A model generated the notes under the pieces. The model did no database searches. It worked only from the letters and a program-made list of their open reading frames with translations, and had not been told where the DNA came from. A program made the translations under genes and the position numbers. DNA of 64,000 nucleotides from Candidatus Fermentithermobacillaceae bacterium (GTDB lineage Bacteria; Bacillota; Sulfobacillia; Fermentithermobacillales; DUSS01), in the NCBI GenBank assembly GCA_012842495.1, contig DUSS01000045.1:70634-134633 (forward strand). The letters run 5' to 3'. Below, in pieces: positions 53,740-62,337 of the stretch (the stretch's first letter is position 1; each line of letters starts with the position of its first letter).

Positions 53740-55338
53740 TTGGGACGAAGTCAAAACCCGGAACTGGAAAGGAAAATCCTTTTGAAAGCCCTCTCTTATC
53801 TCGCCGGTCGCGATAGGGCGGAAGGTATTTACACCTCCATATGCCGGACGGTCGTTGAAGAGCTCCCCGTGGATTCATGCTCCATCTTTCTCTACGACAG
53901 CAAGTCCAATTCCCTGCACCATGTGGCCTCCGATGCTCGGACGGCAGGGGCTTTACTGGAGACAGAGGATATCAGGCTAAAAGTCAACGGTGATTCCCGT
54001 TTTTCCCGGTGCCTTCGAGGCGATTCGCGGCCGGTGGTTCTTGAGGAAGGGGACGTGGACCCCCTACTTAACACGTCCGGATTTAAGCGAGTGATCCTGT
54101 TTCCTCTGACAAGCCGCGGCGAGACGTTAGGCCTCATGGCCTACGCTTCGCTGCCCGGATCCCCGGTTCCGGAGGAAGGTGATCTGGGCATCCTCGGCGC
54201 AATCGCTGCGGTAGCAGGTGCGGTTGCGCTCCAGTCCCGCCTCGAGGATGAACTGGAACGTTCCGAAGAGCGTTATCGGGTGCTGATGGAGGGAGCTAGA
54301 GACCTCGTTTTCGTCCTCGACGGTGGCGGGCGGTTCTTGTACGTAAACCCGAGGTGCCGCGACATGCTGGGCTACGAGGCCGAGGAAATGCTTGGCAGAT
54401 ATTTCGGAGAGTTCGTCAGCGGTGAAAGTTGGGCCCAGACCGTGTCGGCGCTGAGGAGGGTCGTTTCCAGCGGAGAGAGGTTTCTCGATTATCAGTGGGT
54501 CATAGCTCGAAAGGACGGCCGCCCGCTGACCCTCGATGTCCGAGCTTCGGTGGTGGTGTCCGGGGGCGAAATCTTGAGGCATCAGGGTATCGCCAGGGAT
54601 ATCTCCCAAGAGAAAGCTCTTCACGAGGAGCTGCTTCGACGCGACCAGGAACTGGATGAAACGAGGTCCAATGAGGAACGGATGCGGGGGTACCTCACCG
54701 TGGCCACGCTCGCCCAGGAAGAGGAAAGAGCCCGGGTGGCACGGGAGCTTCATGACGGCCCCGTACAGTACCTGGTAGCTTTGAGAAGGCAGCTGGACCT
54801 CCTCGAGAAACTGGGGAACCGGAAAGAGCAAGTTGAGGTCTTAAAGGAAATTGACTCCCTGGTGGAACGGGCGATCCAGGACCTAAGGGAGTTTTCCCGC
54901 AACTTAAGGCCGCCCATCCTCGATGATTTCGGACTCAGCTATGCGGTCGAATGGTTGGTGGAGCAGGTACAAAAAGCCGGGATCGACGCAAAGTTCACGG
55001 TTGAGGGAGAACCGCGCAGACTCGACCGGGACATAGAAGTCGCATGCTTCCGGATCACTCAGGAAGCCCTCGCCAACGCCATGAAACACTCTAAAGCATC
55101 CACGGTGGAGGTCAGTGTCGCTTTCCGAGAGGATGTGGTGGAAATCCGCGTCGCCGACAACGGACGGGGCTTCTCGCCTCCGGATTCTCTGACATCTCTG
55201 GCCAGGGCGGGCCAGATGGGTCTTGTGGGGATGTATGAACGGGCCGAGCTCCTGGGCGGAAGCATCCGCATCGATTCGGAACCAGCAAGGGGCACCACGG
55301 TAACGGCGAGGATTCCTCTGCGAAAGTCACGTTCCTGA
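53740..55338 (+). CDS. Cytoplasmic GAF-PAS sensor histidine kinase (HisKA_3 type)
   Basis: H-box ARELHDGPVQYL, EALANAMKHS, DNGRGF, GLVGMYERAELLGG. No TM segment. TTG start after AGAGGTG. Confidence 0.9.
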   Translation: MGRSQNPELERKILLKALSYLAGRDRAEGIYTSICRTVVEELPVDSCSIFLYDSKSNSLHHVASDARTAGALLETEDIRLKVNGDSRFSRCLRGDSRPVVLEEGDVDPLLNTSGFKRVILFPLTSRGETLGLMAYASLPGSPVPEEGDLGILGAIAAVAGAVALQSRLEDELERSEERYRVLMEGARDLVFVLDGGGRFLYVNPRCRDMLGYEAEEMLGRYFGEFVSGESWAQTVSALRRVVSSGERFLDYQWVIARKDGRPLTLDVRASVVVSGGEILRHQGIARDISQEKALHEELLRRDQELDETRSNEERMRGYLTVATLAQEEERARVARELHDGPVQYLVALRRQLDLLEKLGNRKEQVEVLKEIDSLVERAIQDLREFSRNLRPPILDDFGLSYAVEWLVEQVQKAGIDAKFTVEGEPRRLDRDIEVACFRITQEALANAMKHSKASTVEVSVAFREDVVEIRVADNGRGFSPPDSLTSLARAGQMGLVGMYERAELLGGSIRIDSEPARGTTVTARIPLRKSRS

Positions 55339-55452
55339 TACTTCTGGTGTCTCGTATTTGGCTTCCTGCAGTTCGTACCCAGGATAACAAGGCCAGAAGA
55401 CTCTCGACGTCGGCTCCTGTTGCTCCGGCATTCTCCTCCGCCAAAATGCCTA

Positions 55453-55486
55453 GGCAAAAAAGATCACCCGGGTTGCTTTTTTTGCC
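55453..55486 (+). terminator. A/T-rich hairpin downstream of the kinase gene
   Basis: GGCAAAAAAG...CTTTTTTTGCC with a 13-nt loop containing CCCGGG. Confidence 0.35.
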
Positions 55487-55558
55487 GATGTGGCGCCGTT
55501 TTCCAGGCCGTACGATTGGGTCGAGAAAGAGACCATGAGTACGCTGGAGGGATAAGCC

Positions 55559-56191
55559 GTGGCGGGGGAACTCGAAACGGTCCGTATGGCGCAGTCGGGA
55601 GACGGGGAAGCTTTTTCGGCGCTGGTGCGGAAGTACGAAAAGCAGATTTTCAGGCACGTCCTCAGGATGGTGCGGAATGTAGAGGATGCCGAGGACCTTA
55701 CTCAGGAGGTATTCTTTAGGGCCTACCAGTGCCTGGGATCTTACAACGGGGAAGCTTCCTTCGGGCGGTGGCTTCACCGGATCGCCACCAACGTTTGTAT
55801 AGACAGGTCGAGGAAAAGGAGGATTTCCACGGTCCCATGGCCCGAATGGAACGACGGAGAAGAGGAGAAAGCCGTCGAGTTTCCGTCCGGAGATCCCGGC
55901 CCCGAGGAGATCCTCGAAGAACGCGAATCTGTTGGCAAGATCTTGGCCGCGGCAGGGCGCCTTCCCCGGCACTACAAAGAAGCTTTTCTATTAAAGAACA
56001 TTTCTGACCGGTCGTATGAAGAAATCGCCGGGTTTCTGGGCTGCCCCGAGGGGACGGTCAAGTCGAGGGTATCTAGAGCTCACGGCATGCTCCGGAAAGA
56101 GCTTGCGCTCCTCGCCCCGTGGAATACAGGAGCGCTCCCGTCGAATATGTTGGGACGGGAGATGGCTGTTTCTTGGGGATCCGGGGACTGA
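55559..56191 (+). CDS. ECF-type RNA polymerase sigma-70 factor
   Basis: Region 2 FSALVRKYEKQIFRHV...DAEDLTQEVFFRAY. Region 4 SYEEIAGFLGCPEGTVKSRVSRA. GTG after GGAGGG. Confidence 0.9.
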   Translation: MAGELETVRMAQSGDGEAFSALVRKYEKQIFRHVLRMVRNVEDAEDLTQEVFFRAYQCLGSYNGEASFGRWLHRIATNVCIDRSRKRRISTVPWPEWNDGEEEKAVEFPSGDPGPEEILEERESVGKILAAAGRLPRHYKEAFLLKNISDRSYEEIAGFLGCPEGTVKSRVSRAHGMLRKELALLAPWNTGALPSNMLGREMAVSWGSGD

Positions 56192-57435
56192 AAAAAGCTT
56201 GGATTTGCCTCGGGCTCACTCTGATTACAGCAGCAGGATACGTTGTATCCTGTTCCTTCGGGCCGTTGCCGCCGGGTACCAGCATCGGTGGAATATCGTG
56301 CTCCGGTTTGTCAAAGAGGGAGCTTGCCGCTTTTCTCGAGAAGGAACTGGACTTTTCCGCACGAACGGTGGAGATAACGCCGCCTCAGGGCACCCTCCTC
56401 GGAGGCACCATGAAGATTCCCCTGGGCGCCCCTTATGGCCTCGGGATCGTTCCGGATGTAGAGAGCACCGTTAAGTCCCTGGGCCTTCTGTATGGTCCGC
56501 TCTCCCGGCCGAAAGCTGTACCCCTCGTAATCACCGTTGACGAAGAGCGATGGGCTTCCGCAATCACGGCGATATCCCGCTTCTTTGAGATACCCCCGAA
56601 GGATGCCAGTTGGGAAATCTTGCCCGGAGACCGCGTGGTCGTGATTCGCGATGAACCGGGATACAGGGTGGATGCAGAGGAGCTCAGGCGGAGGGTGGTG
56701 GGAGACTTCAGGTGGTCCTGCATACCCGTCTCGGTAGAGGTGCCGCTGGTCGAAGTGAGAGCTGCGGTCACCAAGGAGAAGTTGGAAGCTGCCGGCATCG
56801 ACGGAGTCATCGTAGCTTTCAGTACGAGATATCAGGACAACTGCGACAGAGCTCATAATGTGGCGCTTGCCGCCAGGGATCTAGACGGAGCTGTGATCTG
56901 GCCGGGGGAGGTGATTTCCTTCAACGAAAGGGTAGGTCCGCGTCTCCCGGAACGCGGATACCGTAAGGCCCCCATTTACGTTGGCACGAGACTCGAAGAT
57001 GACTACGGTGGAGGGGTTTGTCAGGTGTCGTCTACGCTGTATGGCGCGTTGTTGCGGGCCGGGTTCGAAGTGGTGGAAAGGCACAACCACGGAATGCCCG
57101 TGGATTACTTGCCCATGGGAGAAGATGCCACCGTCGCGTATGGTCTCCTCGATCTCAAGATGAGAAACGTTTTGGCCGGCCCGGTCGTCGTCAAGGCCTA
57201 TGCCGAAGGCGGTGTTTTGACCGTAAAAGTATTCGGGAGAAGGGAGCCTTTGAAGGAGATAAAGATCGAGACGAGCGTCGTAAGGGAACTCGGCGGCGAT
57301 GAGCCGGGTAGTAAGAGATGGGTGGTTCGGACCCGGCGGATTTTCCTCTACGGCGGGACTGTAGTAGAGGTAGAGGATTTGGGAACGAGCGTGTACACGT
57401 CGCTTCCGAAAAAGGGTCCTGCTCCGTCCCTCTAA
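56119..57435 (+). CDS. VanW-family protein with N-terminal membrane anchor
   Basis: TM AWICLGLTLITAAGYVV. VanW core FSTRY...ISFNERVGPRLPERGY...GGGVCQVSSTLYGA...RHNHGMPVDYLPMGEDATV. Start uncertain (GTG 56119 or TTG 56173). Either start overlaps the sigma gene. Confidence 0.82.
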   Translation: MEYRSAPVEYVGTGDGCFLGIRGLKKAWICLGLTLITAAGYVVSCSFGPLPPGTSIGGISCSGLSKRELAAFLEKELDFSARTVEITPPQGTLLGGTMKIPLGAPYGLGIVPDVESTVKSLGLLYGPLSRPKAVPLVITVDEERWASAITAISRFFEIPPKDASWEILPGDRVVVIRDEPGYRVDAEELRRRVVGDFRWSCIPVSVEVPLVEVRAAVTKEKLEAAGIDGVIVAFSTRYQDNCDRAHNVALAARDLDGAVIWPGEVISFNERVGPRLPERGYRKAPIYVGTRLEDDYGGGVCQVSSTLYGALLRAGFEVVERHNHGMPVDYLPMGEDATVAYGLLDLKMRNVLAGPVVVKAYAEGGVLTVKVFGRREPLKEIKIETSVVRELGGDEPGSKRWVVRTRRIFLYGGTVVEVEDLGTSVYTSLPKKGPAPSL

Positions 57436-57530
57436 TCCGTTCTTCGTTCCTCCTTTATCCTGCGAGCAGGAGGATACTCATGCCGCCCCAAATTGGTTCA
57501 TATTCTGTAAGTCCCGGTTATTACCCCCCC

Positions 57531-57579
57531 TTGACTTCTTACGAACAAACGTTTTATTATTAAATCAAACAAAAGTTCG
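57531..57579 (+). promoter_or_regulatory. SigmaA-type promoter with embedded LexA (Cheo/DinR) box; second degenerate box over the SD
   Basis: TTGACT (57531-36), 18 nt, TATTAT (57555-60). CGAACAAACGTTTT (57542-57555) matches CGAACRNRYGTTYC at 13 of 14 positions. CAAACAAAAGTTCG lies at 57566-57579. Confidence 0.6.
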
Positions 57580-57590
57580 AGGTGAGTCCC

Positions 57591-58880
57591 ATGAGAGGGC
57601 CGGTCGGCTACGGAATCCTGGTGGGCTTCGAAAGCTATCTCGAAGCTCAAGCGAGGAGTATTTCCGGTCCAGTGGCCATCCTCGACAAGGGAGTGGTTTA
57701 TGACTGCTCCAGGGTAGCGTGGGAAAAGGGGATAAGACCAGGAGATAACGGATCCCGGGCGAAGATGGCTATGCCGGAACTCCATCTCGTTTACCGGTCT
57801 TCGGGATTCTCACGAGAAGCTCATGATGTCTTTTCCCGGATGGCAGAGGGGTTGTTAGCTATGGAACCCGAGGACCAGAGCAGGATTTTTTTCGAGATCC
57901 CCGGTACGGAGTATGTACAGGAAACTATACGCACTCTCTTAAAAGAACTTCAGGGAAAGTCTTTTCATTGCATATTCGGGATAGCTTCTACGAAGTTCAC
58001 GGCCAAGGCAGCTTCGCTCTGGCTGTGGGATAAGTTTTCATCGGGTAAATGTCCTAAAACCTCGAGATGGGGTAAGCTTTTCCGGGATAGCGTTCATACA
58101 GCATTTTTCCTCGAACCCGGGATGGAAAAGGGTTTTTTAAGGGAACTCAACCTCTCTTACCTCTGGAAACTTCCTTTGGAATTGAGGACCGTTTTAAAAG
58201 AATTAGGTTTAAGGAGCATAGGAGATGTTCTTAATGTCCCCCGGGATGATCTTTCCGCTCATTTAGGAGATTGGGCTCTGTGGGTGAGGGAATGGGCTCT
58301 TGGGAAGGATTGGGAACGAGTAAAAAGAGTCTACCCGGAGGAACCCATTGTATTCCAAAGAAACTTCGTTCAACCCATACCGGGCCTTTCAAGAGAGTTT
58401 TTATGCGTAGCTGCCGGTGAGCTTCAAGCTGCGCTTATAGAGAAAGGTGCTGGCCCGATGGGGATCGAGGTATGCCTCAACGGTGATTTCCCCGAATACC
58501 GCCGAACGAGGCGCCTTTTTTCCCCCGTTTCTTGCCGGGAGTCCCTGCTTATCATCATCGAAAACCTCTTGAACGATTTTCCCGGCGGCGAAATCCATTC
58601 GTTTTCCATAAAGCTTTTCGATATCTTGCCGGTACAACGAGTTTCCATGCCCCTCTTATGGTCCCTTGCTCCCGCCGGTAAAGCCCGTCTGCCTCTCAAA
58701 CTCGAAATCGCGGTGGAAGGTATTCAAAAGAAATTCGGGGATTGTGCCGTTTACTGGGGGCGGGAAGAAACCGGTGGAAAATCCATTCCCCCCGAGATCC
58801 TCTGGCATGAAGAAATGATGATGCTATGGGATCCGGTAAGAAACCAGGGAGGTAGAAGCCATGTCCAAACTCGTTCTTGA
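57591..58880 (+). CDS. imuB: Y-family DNA polymerase-like protein lacking catalytic carboxylates (ImuB-like)
   Basis: GIASTKFTAKAAS and an HhH-like LKELGLRSIGDVL are conserved. The catalytic positions read LVGFESYLEAQ and SRIFFEI instead of D.D.FFASVE and S.DE.FLD. GAGGTGA lies 5 nt before ATG 57591. Confidence 0.7.
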   Translation: MRGPVGYGILVGFESYLEAQARSISGPVAILDKGVVYDCSRVAWEKGIRPGDNGSRAKMAMPELHLVYRSSGFSREAHDVFSRMAEGLLAMEPEDQSRIFFEIPGTEYVQETIRTLLKELQGKSFHCIFGIASTKFTAKAASLWLWDKFSSGKCPKTSRWGKLFRDSVHTAFFLEPGMEKGFLRELNLSYLWKLPLELRTVLKELGLRSIGDVLNVPRDDLSAHLGDWALWVREWALGKDWERVKRVYPEEPIVFQRNFVQPIPGLSREFLCVAAGELQAALIEKGAGPMGIEVCLNGDFPEYRRTRRLFSPVSCRESLLIIIENLLNDFPGGEIHSFSIKLFDILPVQRVSMPLLWSLAPAGKARLPLKLEIAVEGIQKKFGDCAVYWGREETGGKSIPPEILWHEEMMMLWDPVRNQGGRSHVQTRS

Positions 58881-59100
58881 GCCGGTGCTGGTGGTCATGG
58901 ACAGGCAAAAGCCGGCGAGATTCTTTTGGGGGAAACACTGGGTTTACGCGGAAAAGATAACGGATCGCTGGCGGGCGACGGGTCAGTGGTGGGCGGGGGA
59001 AACGGAAAAGATGTTCTTCCGCATTCAGTCCAGGGAAGGGAGGCTGTACGAGATTTATACCGATGGCAAGGGGTGGCGCCTTTACAGGGTCTACGATTAA
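58861..59100 (+). CDS. 79-aa Trp/Tyr-rich hypothetical protein overlapping both neighbours
   Basis: GGGAGG lies 9 nt before ATG 58861. It overlaps the imuB-like 3' end by 20 nt and the polymerase 5' end by 38 nt. RFFWGKHWVYAEKITDRWRATGQWWAGE...GRLYEIYTDGKGWRLYRVYD. Confidence 0.6.
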   Translation: MSKLVLEPVLVVMDRQKPARFFWGKHWVYAEKITDRWRATGQWWAGETEKMFFRIQSREGRLYEIYTDGKGWRLYRVYD

Positions 59101-62100
59101 ATCTTCCCGTGGGTTTGCGCACCTCCACGTTCACAGTCCGTTTTCCTTTCTCGATGGGGCATCCCATATAAATTCCCTTCTGGAAAAGGCCGCAGCCCTG
59201 GGGATGGACTGCCTCGCGATCACCGACCACATGAGCCTCTCGGGTGCCGTGAAGTTCACACGGGAAGCTTTAAAGAGGGGCATAAAGCCGGTGCTGGGTG
59301 CCGAACTCACGCTGGAAAACGGTCATCACTTGACCGTCCTTTGTAAAGACGAGAACGGTTACAGAAACCTTTGCCGGATCCTAACGGAATCGCACCTGAA
59401 AAGCGAAAGACGCTCGCCTCAAGTTAGCATGGACTGTCTTATTCGCTACAAGGACGGATTGATCGTCCTTTCCGGCTGCAGGCGAGGGGAGATTCCCTGG
59501 CTCATACTGAGAAAACGATTTTCCGAAGCTAAAGCGGCATGTGCAAAACTAGTGAGTGCTTTCGGGCGGGATTCCTTTTATCTGGAGATGTCCGAAAGCG
59601 CCCTGCCGGGGTCCTCGGGGTTAAATAAAGCTCTTGAAGAGCTCGGCGCCGAATTCAAGATCGGCGTCGTTGCCACCAATAACGTACACTACGCGAACAA
59701 AGAAGACTTTCCCGTCCACGACGTTCTCACCTGCATAAGGACGCTCACGAAAATCTCGCAGGTAAGCCCGGAAAGAAGACTTAACGCCGAGAACTACTTG
59801 AAAAGCTCCGAGGAGATGGCGGCGGAGTTCCGGGATTACCCCTGGGTGCTGGAAACATCCAGGAGAATAGCGGAAGAATGCCGGTTTACGCTTCCGTTGG
59901 GGAAAACCAATTTCCCTTCATTTCCCGTCCCGCCCGGTATGTCTTCGGCGGAATACCTGCGAAAACTCGTTTACGACGGGGCTGTGGAGCGGTACGGAAG
60001 GATAACCGGGGACATTTCACGGAGGCTCGATGGGGAGCTCCACGTCATCACCAAACTCGGGTACGAAGATTACTTCCTCGTTGTGTGGGATTTGGTGGAA
60101 TTCGCCCGAAAGAGCGGCATCCGTCACGCGGGGCGTGGTTCGGCGGCAGACTCAGCGGTAGCTTATTGTCTCGGCATAACGGACGTGGACGCCATAGGCC
60201 AGGGACTCCTGTTCGAAAGATTTTTAAGTCTCGAGAGGGGGGAAAAGCCCGATATCGACGTAGACTTCGATGCCAGGCGCAGAGATGAAGTGACGAGATA
60301 TGCCTACGAAAAATATGGGCAAGACCACGTGGCGTGCGTAGCCACTTACAACACGTTCCAGGCCCGTGCTGCCATCAGGGAAGCCGGCAAAGTTCTGGAG
60401 TTCCCCCAGGAATTGCTGGATGTTTTCGCCAAACGCCTTCCTCACATATCTGCGGAGGATATAGAAAGAGCGTTGGACTCCGTGCCTGAACTCAAGGCCC
60501 TTCATCTTTCCAAGGGAAAAGTAGGAAAACTGGTGGACATCGCAAAAAAGCTCGCGGACCTTCCGCGGCACCTCGGAACCCACCTCGGCGGCATCGTGAT
60601 TTCCCGGGACCCTGTTACCTGGATTTCCCCGGTTCAGGTTGCTGCCAAGGGAGTGACCATAGTCCCCTTCGATAAAGAAGACGTAGAAGAACTGGGTCTC
60701 GTTAAGATAGACCTCCTGTGCTTGAGGACTCTCGGTGCAGTAGACGACGCCCTCGAGTACATTTCGAATGCCAGGCGTTCCCGGCGCGAAAACCCCCTGG
60801 ATTATCTCAGCATCCCTCTGGACGATGCGGCCACATACGCGCGCCTCCGGACCGGTGAAACCGTGGGTGTGTTTCAGCTGGAAAGCCCTGCTCAAAGGGC
60901 TCTTCAAACCAGGCTTGGCGCGGACAACATCGAAGACATCGTTGCCAGCGTGGCGCTGATACGTCCGGGGCCGATCAAGGGCGACATGGTTTCCCCGTTC
61001 ATCTCCAGGCGAAGAGGGCTTGAGCCCGTAACCTATCTGGATGAGCGGCTTGAGCCGATACTCAAAAAGACGTACGGAGTGATTTTATTTCAGGAGCAGG
61101 TCATAGAGATCGCGACAGTAATCGGCGGGTTTACGCCGGGCGAAGCAGACAACTTGAGGAAGCTCATGACCCATAAACGTTCGGAAAGAGAGATGGCGGA
61201 AATGGGGGAGCTGTTCGTGGAAAAAGCTGTAGCGAGAGGAACGTCGCCGGAGGTGGCGAAAGCTGTTTTTCAAAAGATGCTTGGTTACGCCAGTTACGGA
61301 TTTTGCGAAGCTCACGCCCGAGCTTTTGCGACTACCGCGTATAAGACGGCGTATCTGGTTGAGCATTATCCCGCCGAGTTCTTCGCCGCCATTCTCAATA
61401 ACGAACCCATGGGGTTCTATCCGGTTTCCACCATATGCGTGGAGGCGAGAAAGAGAGGGGTGAAGATTCTCGGACCCTCCGTCAACAAATCTTTTAAAGA
61501 CGTGACGGTCGAAGGTCGCAGCATACGGCTGCCTCTGAAAATGGTGAAGGACGTGCCATCTTCTCTCATAGATTGCATAGTCACATCCAGGTCAAAACGA
61601 GGGGAATTCAGGTCCTTTCAGGACTTCGTGGAAAGGACCGGAGCGCAAAAGGATGCTCTGCGTTCCCTCATCCTGGCCGGCGCATTTGATGAGCTCGGTT
61701 TGTCCAGAAAGGGGCTTTTATGGAGCCTTGAAAAGACTCTGGCGGTCGAAGAAGCTACAAAAGCTGCAGGAGGTATCGCGAGGCCGCTCTTTGACGAAAT
61801 CGAAACCGCCGGGGATGATTTCAGTTTGGCGGAGAAGATCGCGTTTGAGTATCAAACCCTGGGAACAGGGGTTTCGGGGCATCCGGCCGAACTGTGGAGA
61901 CCTTTGTTGCGGCGAAAGGGATATAAGAGTTCCGGAGAACTCGAGGAAGTTGAACCCGGTGCTCTGGTGAAAGTCGCAGGCATTCCCGTGAGACCGCACA
62001 GACCTCCCACAAAAAGCGGGAGGACGGTGGTATTCCTGTCCCTGGAAGACGAATCCGGCCTTATCGATGTAACGGTTTTCGAGAACGTATATCACAGATA

Positions 62101-62224
62101 CGGAAAATACCTGTTCCCCGGGGAACTCATCCCGCTCGCGGTATGGGGGAAGCTGCAAAAGCGAGGGGAAGGTTTGAGCGTCCTGGCCCAGTGTATAATG
62201 CCCCTGAACGATGTCCTTCGCTGA
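59063..62224 (+). CDS. dnaE2: DNA polymerase III alpha-subunit family, DnaE2/ImuC-like (1053 aa)
   Basis: PHP domain HLHVHSPFSFLDGAS...ITDH. Palm RGSAADSAVAYCLGIT, PDIDVDF. OB-fold at the C-terminus. Context with the imuB-like gene and a LexA box. Confidence 0.8.
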   Translation: MARGGAFTGSTIKSSRGFAHLHVHSPFSFLDGASHINSLLEKAAALGMDCLAITDHMSLSGAVKFTREALKRGIKPVLGAELTLENGHHLTVLCKDENGYRNLCRILTESHLKSERRSPQVSMDCLIRYKDGLIVLSGCRRGEIPWLILRKRFSEAKAACAKLVSAFGRDSFYLEMSESALPGSSGLNKALEELGAEFKIGVVATNNVHYANKEDFPVHDVLTCIRTLTKISQVSPERRLNAENYLKSSEEMAAEFRDYPWVLETSRRIAEECRFTLPLGKTNFPSFPVPPGMSSAEYLRKLVYDGAVERYGRITGDISRRLDGELHVITKLGYEDYFLVVWDLVEFARKSGIRHAGRGSAADSAVAYCLGITDVDAIGQGLLFERFLSLERGEKPDIDVDFDARRRDEVTRYAYEKYGQDHVACVATYNTFQARAAIREAGKVLEFPQELLDVFAKRLPHISAEDIERALDSVPELKALHLSKGKVGKLVDIAKKLADLPRHLGTHLGGIVISRDPVTWISPVQVAAKGVTIVPFDKEDVEELGLVKIDLLCLRTLGAVDDALEYISNARRSRRENPLDYLSIPLDDAATYARLRTGETVGVFQLESPAQRALQTRLGADNIEDIVASVALIRPGPIKGDMVSPFISRRRGLEPVTYLDERLEPILKKTYGVILFQEQVIEIATVIGGFTPGEADNLRKLMTHKRSEREMAEMGELFVEKAVARGTSPEVAKAVFQKMLGYASYGFCEAHARAFATTAYKTAYLVEHYPAEFFAAILNNEPMGFYPVSTICVEARKRGVKILGPSVNKSFKDVTVEGRSIRLPLKMVKDVPSSLIDCIVTSRSKRGEFRSFQDFVERTGAQKDALRSLILAGAFDELGLSRKGLLWSLEKTLAVEEATKAAGGIARPLFDEIETAGDDFSLAEKIAFEYQTLGTGVSGHPAELWRPLLRRKGYKSSGELEEVEPGALVKVAGIPVRPHRPPTKSGRTVVFLSLEDESGLIDVTVFENVYHRYGKYLFPGELIPLAVWGKLQKRGEGLSVLAQCIMPLNDVLR

Positions 62225-62337
62225 AGCGGACGATCTCCCCAGTCCTGAATACCTTTGTTTGCTGCTGGCAACCGCACGGGCTTAACTATTCTCTGTTTTC
62301 CGCGCCCTGAGAGGACTTACACATATGTCTAACCTTC

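Noticed and set aside
54127-55972. Minus-strand ORFs 54127-54831 (234 aa) and 55112-55972 (286 aa)
   Set aside because: They are antisense to the histidine kinase and the ECF sigma genes, both of which have clear catalytic and region motifs. These are shadow ORFs of a high-GC genome.
60224-60907. 227-aa minus-strand ORF inside the polymerase gene
   Set aside because: Antisense shadow ORF. The plus frame is continuous across 1053 codons with PHP and palm motifs.
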